From contig UQWD01000002.1 in the NCBI GenBank assembly GCA_900544555.1, positions 63,471 to 127,470 of the forward strand: DNA of 64,000 nt, in the 5' to 3' direction. The position numbers and the translations under genes are program-made. The notes below the pieces were generated by a model. The model made no database searches. It was given only the letters and a program-made list of their open reading frames with translations, and was not told the origin of the DNA. This DNA is from an uncultured Eubacteriales bacterium (lineage in GTDB: Bacteria > Bacillota > Clostridia > Christensenellales > CAG-138). Below are positions 1-7,383 of this stretch, one piece after another; positions within the stretch are counted from its first letter, which is position 1; every line of letters starts with the position of its first letter.

Positions 1-374
1 CGGCAGACGCCGTAAACCTTGATTGATTCCACAGCCTTTTCAAGCAATTCGAGCGTTATGTTTGCCGGAAGACTGAACAATCCGATGAAAACCACGTTGG
101 CGCGCCTGCCCTGGGCAGCCATTTTCTCCAGCTCAGCCTTAGTAAATCCTCCGACGCCAACACTTACATAAAATTCCGGTTTCTTTTTTTCAACCGCGTT
201 TTTAGTATCCGCCGCGTGCGTATCCAGCTGCCTACGAACGGCGGACTTAATAAAATCCGACCTATTGGAATAAAAACCTTCGCTCACCAGTATGTCGATG
301 TACCCGATTTCTACAACGTTTAAATTCACTGTTATCTTTTCAACAGAGCTTTGGTCCGCCTTGCCATAATCCAT
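1..374 (-). CDS. Ribbon-helix-helix (CopG-like) domain protein, C-terminal end outside window
   Basis: Not in ORF track (no stop inside window). My translation from ATG at 374: MDYGKADQSSVEKITVNLNVVEIGYIDILVSEGFYSNRSDFIKSAVRRQLDTH... fits a strand-helix-helix DNA-binding pattern. AAGGAGG lies 7 nt upstream. The frame stays open to position 1. Confidence 0.55.
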   Translation of the reverse strand, partial: MDYGKADQSSVEKITVNLNVVEIGYIDILVSEGFYSNRSDFIKSAVRRQLDTHAADTKNAVEKKKPEFYVSVGVGGFTKAELEKMAAQGRRANVVFIGLFSLPANITLELLEKAVESIKVYGVC

Positions 375-619
375 TGCAATACCTCCTTAAAAGTTGTTAT
401 CATCCCATAACCATCCATGTGGATTCTGCACAGATGTTATCATAGCGCAAACAAAAAGTCAATCTATAATAATTCTATTTTTTTAAAGATATTCACCTCG
501 AGAAATCTTCATTTATTGTACAGCGCGAGCGCTTATGGTATCCTATAATATATAAAAGCAAGCAATAGATGATAGGCGGCGTTAATATGTATGAAAAAGT
601 CGGTTATGGAGGTTCACGT

Positions 620-1123
620 ATGAATTTAACAGTTTTAAAAGCGGTTCCAGAGGATGCGGGCGAAATAATCGAATACCTCAAAACCGTTGGAGGCGAAAGC
701 GACAACCTTCTTTTTGGTGAAGAAGGGCTTCCCATATCCATAGAGCAGGAGGAGGAGCTTATCCGCCGCGTTAACGGCGGGGAAAAAAGCGCGATGCTCC
801 TCGCAAAAACAGATAGTGAAATTGTTGGCGTTTGCCAAATGACCGGCTTTAACAGAGAGCGTATCGCCCATAGGGGGGAAATCGCGATAAGCGTTAAAAA
901 AGCGTACTGGGGTCGCGGGGTAGGCTCCAGAATGATGGAGGCGCTTTTAAGCTTCGCTAAAGAAATAGGATTGGATGTTGTTTCTCTTGAGGTAAGGTCG
1001 GATAACCTTAAAGCGATCTCCCTATACAAAAAATACGGGTTTGAATCGTTTGGTACCTTTAAAAAGTTTTTTAAAATTAATGGCCGGTATTATGACGCCG
1101 AGTTTATGAACAGATACATGTAA
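620..1123 (+). CDS. GNAT family N-acetyltransferase
   Basis: ORF 569..1123. I prefer ATG 620 (GGAGG 7 nt upstream). GNAT motif A/B-like segments: ISVKKAYWGRGVGSRMMEALLSFAKE and AISLYKKYGFE. Confidence 0.8.
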   Translation: MNLTVLKAVPEDAGEIIEYLKTVGGESDNLLFGEEGLPISIEQEEELIRRVNGGEKSAMLLAKTDSEIVGVCQMTGFNRERIAHRGEIAISVKKAYWGRGVGSRMMEALLSFAKEIGLDVVSLEVRSDNLKAISLYKKYGFESFGTFKKFFKINGRYYDAEFMNRYM

Positions 1124-1862
1124 GCGCGTTAAACGCGCCGCAAGCACTCTTGATCGGTTTTCCGTAAAGATTTTGCTTTTACGCCGTTATCCGCTGAGCG
1201 GCGCCGGCTTGCCCCGCGAATAGTATACACTATGAATTAGGCGAGGCGTATTTTAAATATAGGCGGCATACAGGCTAAGCGCGGTGCGTAGTAACTGACG
1301 TTTTAATGCGATTTGTTTCTTACCTTGCAGCGCTCAGTTTTTCCGAAACGCAAAACGGACGTCCATATTTTAAACTGAATCTTTATTGCGCCTGAGATTA
1401 TATAAACCTCAGTGAGAATATGATTCATTTTTTCAGCGTGCCGTTTTGGCAGCGGCAAAATCCAAGGCTTTTATAGCTCTAAAATTAAGCAATCTGAAAA
1501 CACTCCGCTTAAATTATGAAAAATTACGGTTATAACTAAAGCATACAGCAATTATACAATTGCTATGAAAGCCTACCGAAAGCCCGGCGTTGGTTTTACT
1601 ATATATTTATGTAGTCATCGCATTTTCAGCTTCGCCTATTGAGCATAGGGCTTAGCATTAAATTTGATGCATTAACAGTTATTGAAAAGCGCTTAACGCA
1701 AGATTTGTTTTAGCCTAACTAGTATTGTCCGTATCTATCGCCTTTTGGCGGCAAGCCCATATCTCGCGTATATCCGCTATTCTTTTCGATTGCCAGTATG
1801 CATAAACAAACGCATAATAAGCGTACGTCAATTTTACTTTAGTTCCTGGGAGGTGCTTTCAA

Positions 1863-2993
1863 ATGATGAAAAGGTGGATTTACGCAACGGTTGCCGCCGC
1901 GCTTTTTGCCGGCGCCATCCCGGGCTCGGCATGGGCGCAGGGGGATCACGACGCATGCATACATGTCGGCGGCGTATGCATGGCGATGAATAAAAACAGG
2001 CCGGTTAAGGATGGATGGGGTTGGGAGGCTAAGAGCAGTACGCTCATACTGGATAATTACGGGCGGGAGAAGGAGCCGGGGGGTGCGGTGAGCGCTCCGC
2101 GCTCCATCAGCATTTGCGTGCGGGGAGAAAACTACATAGCGTCCGATCAAGAACGCCGGGCCGCCGTATCTTGCGGGGGAAACATAACCATTTATGGCGA
2201 CGGCGAGCTCAATGTTTTCGGCGCGTTTGATCCCATCAACGAGGCGTATACCTCAATCGCTATTGCAGCGGACGGCGTTGCGTGCGTACAGGGGGCTGTT
2301 CTCAACGCGTATGGCACAAGAGCCGTTTCAACCAACGAGGGCGTAACGCTTAAGGACTGTTCATTATTGCTGTTCGGTGAAAAAACAGGCGTTTCGACGG
2401 ACGGGCCTATTATGATATCCGGCGCGGATATCGTATGCTCAGGCAATACGGCGGGTATGGAATCCGGCGGGTTCGAGATGGAAAGCGGAAGCCTGATGGT
2501 TATCGCTGAAAAGTATGGGATAACCGCAAATTGGGGGGAAAGCGTTGTCATTGGTTCAGGCGTTTCTGATCTAAGCGTACGCGCCGACGCGCCGGACGGC
2601 GCGGCGATAGTCACGCTCAATGATTTGGATGGTCAGTTAGGAGGGGCTATCCTTTTATCCGACGCGCTGTTTATGCGCCATCCTGAGGCAGGCGCCGTTG
2701 CGCATATTGCAGGTATAGGATATACGCTTGCCGCCGGAGGAGGTGAGTTACAAACGATAAATCAGGCGTCCAAGCTGGTTATGCTGCTGCAGGAGCCGTT
2801 TTCAAGCGTTTCCGCGCCAAACACCGGGGCTCCGTTTACGAGCATATCGGCAGGATGCCTGCTCATACCGCTCCCCGCATTCATTGCGGGAAGAAAGAAG
2901 AGGGCGCGGCTGAGCGCGGCTCAGTTTTGGCAGAGGCGTATGGATTACGGCGCAAAGCCGGACAGACGCCGTTCACAAGCGGAAACGCTCTAA
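1863..2993 (+). CDS. Secreted surface protein with sortase-like C-terminal sorting signal (APNTG)
   Basis: GGGAGG RBS. Signal peptide MMKRWIYATVAAALFAGAIPGSAWA/QG. Gly/Ala/Ser/Val-rich body that looks repetitive and beta-rich. C-terminus: APNTG, then a 21-aa hydrophobic segment, then RKKRAR. Confidence 0.6.
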   Translation: MMKRWIYATVAAALFAGAIPGSAWAQGDHDACIHVGGVCMAMNKNRPVKDGWGWEAKSSTLILDNYGREKEPGGAVSAPRSISICVRGENYIASDQERRAAVSCGGNITIYGDGELNVFGAFDPINEAYTSIAIAADGVACVQGAVLNAYGTRAVSTNEGVTLKDCSLLLFGEKTGVSTDGPIMISGADIVCSGNTAGMESGGFEMESGSLMVIAEKYGITANWGESVVIGSGVSDLSVRADAPDGAAIVTLNDLDGQLGGAILLSDALFMRHPEAGAVAHIAGIGYTLAAGGGELQTINQASKLVMLLQEPFSSVSAPNTGAPFTSISAGCLLIPLPAFIAGRKKRARLSAAQFWQRRMDYGAKPDRRRSQAETL

Positions 2994-3911
2994 ACCCGCG
3001 CGTCTACACCGCAAAGCCAGCGCGATAAAATGAATGCCGGCTTACAGGCATGACTAGAAGTTACATTAGAAGAATGCGCCTTATATAATGGCCTCCCATT
3101 AATAAACGCGCGTATAAAATGACTGCCGAATTAAATCGGCAGTCAATAGTATTTTATGGCATGACATGCATTTCTTAGCGATTATTCGAGCGGACTTACA
3201 ATTGTGAAACAGATATTTTCGGCGGATTTGAACCGGCTCAATACCGTTATTCGCTACCTATCCTATCTTAGCTTTAATAACTCCCGAGTCAGGTTTAAAT
3301 ATATTTTAATTTTATTTAGATATTGCGTCAATCGCGCGATGCGCATGGCCGGGGCTTGCGCGAATAATTTGAGTCATGACGTTATATAAATTAGTATTCT
3401 TATTTGGCGGTCTGCGAAACGAAAAAAATGTCAAACCCCGCATGAATACTGCGTTATTACCATTTTGTAAATTTTTAATGGTGCGAATTTAACGCTCTGG
3501 CGCCCAAATGGTGCCCGGATTCCCCTCACGGATATAAAGAGATACGAAATAATATAAGAAAAAAATTATGTTACTGCTCATCTTTTACCTGCCCATGGTC
3601 ACGCAGTAGAAACCCGCTTTAACAGGCGTGAATAAAAGCTTGACCTTATCGTTCTTGTGCCTAAAAAGCCTTGCCACAGAGAGATTTAACTGCGTCTACT
3701 TCGTGACAGTCACCATGATGTATAGAGGACGAAAGCACTCGTTGCTTTCACCCTCTTGATTACCCAACAAGTGGGGACAGACGGGGTTGTCAACGGCGGC
3801 GAAGCCGTTCATTTCATCGTTGACAAAAGCGGCTGGCTCTGCTAACTCCCTGATTGTCGTTTGCTCACACGCTCACCAACAAACCGGAATTTTACACTAT
3901 TGGTGTACTCA

Positions 3912-4370
3912 TTAGATGCGCTTAGCATATATTTCCGCATTTATATACCATTTGCCATCGTTTTTTACGGTAACATTTTGCCAGTGAAAATGATTATTCT
4001 CGATTTCGGCAAAAAACTACTTTCTTCTTTCATCATCAATGAACGTAAGAACTATGTTGTCATCTTGCTTATTTGCTTCAAGTCGTATTATTTTTCCTGC
4101 ATAACCATAAGCGACATCCCATGCGTGTGTATCAGGATTATAGATACGCAGTGATGTTCCATACTCATAATCGGGCAGGATAATAACATCCTGAATTGCC
4201 ATTCCTTCAAGAACCCATGAAAAATGCCATTCGCCTTTTATCACATGAGAGATGCTACTGTCCACATAGTCGATTTTCCAACTGCCGATAAGTTTCTCAA
4301 AATAATTAAATTCTTCAGGTATTGCTATGCTTTTTTTCGTGCTGTTTAGTGCTTCAAAAAAATCTTTCAT
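3912..4370 (-). pseudogene. Small beta-rich protein (DUF1579-like by my recollection) interrupted by an in-frame TAG
   Basis: 117-aa ORF 4017..4370 ends ...FIDDERRK-TAG. The same frame continues FFAEIENNHFHWQNVTVKNDGKWYINAEIYAKRI-TAA (3915..4016). GAGGGAG RBS and an extended -10 lie upstream. Confidence 0.5.
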
Positions 4371-4413
4371 ACATTACTCCCTCATCTAATATACCTTTCG
4401 ATTTGTTGATTTC

Positions 4414-4422
4414 ATTATACCA
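4414..4422 (-). promoter_or_regulatory. Extended -10 promoter element (TGGTATAAT) for the 4370 gene
   Basis: The minus strand reads TGTGGTATAATG about 44 nt upstream of ATG 4370. The -35 is weak. Confidence 0.4.
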
Positions 4423-5316
4423 CACATTTGCAGAATTTCTATTAACGGTTTTGGCGCAGCCATTTTATTAATCGGTAGAGGGTTTAGGACACTTCCCAGC
4501 AAGCTGTTTTTTTGAAATGTGGCCACACTTCCTATGCTTGATACGGAACTTTTAAATTTAAAATTGAAAAAATAGGTAAAAAAATTGTACGGATAGCGGC
4601 CTCTAATCATCGTATTCTTTTTGGCGCCCAAATGGGGTCCGACTATCCAAAACCACGCTGTAAAGATTTGTGGCGAGAAATAAGAAGATTTGCGAAATCT
4701 CTTGTTTTAAGCCGCTTTCAAGCACTTCCTACAAACACTTATAAAGTCTTATAAGATGTTTTGCGGCTCTAGAATCAATAAAAAATAGAAGCTTATTTAA
4801 TTGCCTGCTTGTGTGACATGGGTTACTGAACGCACCAAAAGAAAAAATGTAAGATTTATTACATACTTGAAGAACGGAACGATGCGTTGAATGTGAGATG
4901 CCGCAGGCGAAGCAGCGAGCGAGCCTGAGGGATTTTGCTCAAGCCGGATGTGACGGCTGCCGGATGACGCATATTTCAAGAAAGGTTCATCGCATGTAAT
5001 GCTTCGGGCGATCGGGCATGGCGCTCTTCCTGTTTTCGCTCGTGAACGCGTCTTGAGCAGACAAAGAGTACTCTTGAGGAACACGCTTCGTCAAGCGCGC
5101 GTGCGGTTAATCCTTAATACTTACCAATACGTCCCGGCGTCAATCCAGTTCATGCCTCCTGAACCCGGTATCAGGTATAACGCTTAAGTATCCGTTATGT
5201 AGTCTACGGCATTGCATTTTTATTGTTTGAGCGTATAGGCGCGCGGCGCTTTGGCCAAGATAGTTAAAGCCATAGCTTTGATTATATCCAAATTTTGTAT
5301 GAAAAGGAGACGAGAG

Positions 5317-5937
5317 ATGAAGAAGAAACCACTGATTGCTGTAATTGCTATTGTGACGGTTTGCCTGTTTGCGGCGGGAGGGACGCTGGCATGGCTGTTT
5401 GCCGTGTCGGGCCCGGTTGAGAACACGTTTACCGTGGGCGATATCAACATTGTATTAAACGAGGCGCTGGCGGATGAAAACGGGCAGGCCGTTCCTGACG
5501 CCGATCGCGTAACGGAAAACAGCTACCACATATATCCCGGCGCCCAGTTTGACAAGGATCCGATGGCGACTGTTCTTGAAGGAAGCGAGCCCTGCTACGT
5601 ATTCATTTGCGTGGATAACGGGCTGGTGCTTGCCGACGGAACAGAGGTGAGCGTGCTGGATATATATGACGATTGGGAGGCAATAGCCACAGATGGGAGC
5701 AAAACGCTTTATCTGTATGCGCCCGCTCAAGCCAGCGGCATTGTTAACGCAGCTGACGCCGACGTCGCCCTGCCGCCCATATTCACGCAGGTCCAAATCA
5801 GCGGCGAGCTGGTAACAAAGGAAAATATTAACGAGCTGAGCGGCAAAACCATTGTTGTTGACGCATACGCTCACCAGGCCGCCGGGCTTACCGGGGCCGA
5901 GGTTATTGCTGCGGCCGGGGAGCATTTCGGCTTTTAA
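5317..5937 (+). CDS. TasA/camelysin-like protein with SipW-type signal peptide (paralogue 1)
   Basis: ORF 5251..5937. ATG 5317 is preferred (AGGAGA 7 nt upstream). Leader MKKKPLIAVIAIVTVCLFAAGGTLAWLFA, then ENTFTVGDINIVLNE. C-terminal VDAYAHQAAG strand. Confidence 0.8.
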   Translation: MKKKPLIAVIAIVTVCLFAAGGTLAWLFAVSGPVENTFTVGDINIVLNEALADENGQAVPDADRVTENSYHIYPGAQFDKDPMATVLEGSEPCYVFICVDNGLVLADGTEVSVLDIYDDWEAIATDGSKTLYLYAPAQASGIVNAADADVALPPIFTQVQISGELVTKENINELSGKTIVVDAYAHQAAGLTGAEVIAAAGEHFGF

Positions 5938-6039
5938 CATTGCGCGCTTATTAAGCGACGTTTGAGCTTAAGCCGGAAGGTTGTTTGAAATGAAACTGCC
6001 CGGCGAAAAGATAATCAATCAATTTGGAGGTAATTACGT

Positions 6040-6654
6040 ATGAAAAAGAAGGTACTCACCATTGCCCTCTCGGTTGCACTCATTACCGCCGCCGTTACAG
6101 GCGCGACGCTTGCGTTTTTCACCGATGCGAAAACGGCTGAAAACACCTTTACCGTTGGGAATGTAGCAATAATTTTGGATGAAGCGCCGGTTGAGCGTAT
6201 CGCCGACGAATATGGCATTGCCGAATGGGTAACCGACGACGGGTCAGAACGCATCACGGCGAACACGTATGAAAAAGTATATCCCGGAGCTGTCCTGCCT
6301 AAAGATCCTATCGTTTGGAACACCGGCGCCAGCCCCGCCTATGTGCGCGTTAAGGTCGTTATCTTAAACGCCGCGCAGTGGGGCTTAGATGATGTCTCCG
6401 CAATCCTCAACGGACTTAATATGACGGATTGGACGCTGGACGGAACCCAATCGAGCGAAGGCGCCGTGACATTAACTTACAGCTACAATACTGTGCTTGC
6501 GGCTGGATCTGATACGGGCGCTTTATTTACGGCTGTGTCCATTCCCGACGAAGCCGAGGCGCTTGAGAACTTTAAAATCAACCTTATGGCTGAAGCGATT
6601 CAAGCCGAGGGCTTTGCGGACGCTGATGCGGCTTGGGCCGCGTTTGACGAGTAA
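6040..6654 (+). CDS. TasA/camelysin-like protein with SipW-type signal peptide (paralogue 2)
   Basis: GGAGG RBS. MKKKVLTIALSVALITAAVTGATLAFFTDAKTAENTFTVGNVAIILDE. C-terminal LMAEAIQAEG. Confidence 0.85.
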   Translation: MKKKVLTIALSVALITAAVTGATLAFFTDAKTAENTFTVGNVAIILDEAPVERIADEYGIAEWVTDDGSERITANTYEKVYPGAVLPKDPIVWNTGASPAYVRVKVVILNAAQWGLDDVSAILNGLNMTDWTLDGTQSSEGAVTLTYSYNTVLAAGSDTGALFTAVSIPDEAEALENFKINLMAEAIQAEGFADADAAWAAFDE

Positions 6655-6676
6655 AGAAGTCCAAACGCCGACATTT

Positions 6677-6726
6677 CCGAACCTCCGCGGAAGTTTCGTC
6701 GCCGGGGAGGTCCGGCTTTCGTTTAT
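6677..6726 (+). terminator. Terminator-like / attenuator hairpin after paralogue 2
   Basis: CCGAACCTCC (6677-6686) pairs with GGAGGTCCGG (6706-6715) with one mismatch, followed by CTTTCGTTTAT. A second hairpin ATAC(C)GGGG/CCCCGTAT follows at about 6724-6747. Confidence 0.35.
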
Positions 6727-6817
6727 ACCGGGGCGTTGACCCCGTATGAGTATGCAAACAATCCGCGGGAATTTGCGGTTATAATTACCTACTTTTACAG
6801 ATAGGCGGTGAAATTCA

Positions 6818-7366
6818 ATGAAGAAAAAGCTTTTAGTGGTCGCCCTGGCCGTCGCTTTCGCATCGATAGCGGCTTTGGGGTCGTTGGCCTATTTTACATC
6901 CAGCGGCAGCGCGCTTAACGTTATAACGGCGGGCAATATAAAGATTGAGCTGTTTGAAGATTTCCCAAGTGAGGGCATAACCGGCGTAATGCCCGGCACG
7001 GAAACGTTAAAAAAGGTGTACGTGAAAAATACAGGGGATAACGACGCGTGGATTCGCCTTAGCGTTGATACGCTTATCGAGCTGAATCCCGCTTATGCGG
7101 AGCCCGGGCAGGATGCGGACGCGGGACTGGTGGGCTTTGACGTGGATGAGGAGAACTGGCTCTATTCGGATGGCTTTTATTATTATAAATCGGCTCTGCC
7201 CGAGGGCGAGAGTACATCCCCGCTCTTTACAACAGTTAAGTTCAGCCCGGATATGGGCAACGCGTATATGGAATGCACGGTTAACGTTGATATAACGGCC
7301 GAGGCCGTGCAGGCTGCGAACAACGGAAACGAGGCGACGGAGGCTGCCGGCTGGCCGGCGCCCTGA
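6818..7366 (+). CDS. TasA/camelysin-like protein with SipW-type signal peptide (paralogue 3)
   Basis: MKKKLLVVALAVAFASIAALGSLAYFTSSGSALNVITAGNIKIELFE. KVYVKNTGDNDAWIRL beta-sandwich motif. C-terminal ITAEAVQAAN. Confidence 0.8.
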   Translation: MKKKLLVVALAVAFASIAALGSLAYFTSSGSALNVITAGNIKIELFEDFPSEGITGVMPGTETLKKVYVKNTGDNDAWIRLSVDTLIELNPAYAEPGQDADAGLVGFDVDEENWLYSDGFYYYKSALPEGESTSPLFTTVKFSPDMGNAYMECTVNVDITAEAVQAANNGNEATEAAGWPAP

Positions 7367-7383
7367 ATGGGAGGTTTATAAGC

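Noticed and set aside
3560-3860. Minus-strand reading frame giving TIRELAEPAAFVNDEMNGFAAVDNPVCPHLLGNQEGESNECFRPLYIMVTVTK, which looks protein-like.
   Set aside because: No start codon upstream of the protein-like part, a length under 60 aa, and no recognisable family. At best it is a gene remnant.
3498-4635. Direct 14-nt repeat TGGCGCCCAAATGG (3498-3511 and 4622-4635; about 20 of 22 nt similar when extended). It flanks the interrupted small gene and the AT-rich island. I considered att-site remnants, a tRNA 3' end, or a purine/fluoride-type riboswitch fragment.
   Set aside because: Chance expectation is not negligible: about 64000^2/2 pairs divided by 4^14 gives several exact 14-mers per window, and roughly 0.3 within 1.2 kb. 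Copy A can form a GGCGCC/GGUGCC hairpin but copy B cannot. Neither fits tRNA T-arm/acceptor geometry or the riboswitch consensus sequences I remember. No integrase or transposase gene is nearby.
4640-5316. Searched the long leader upstream of the TasA-like operon for a c-di-GMP (GEMM-I/II) or other riboswitch, since biofilm and pilus operons in Clostridia often have one.
   Set aside because: I could not find the conserved GEMM elements or any other aptamer I recognise. Only imperfect local hairpins are present. A covariance-model scan would be needed to be sure.
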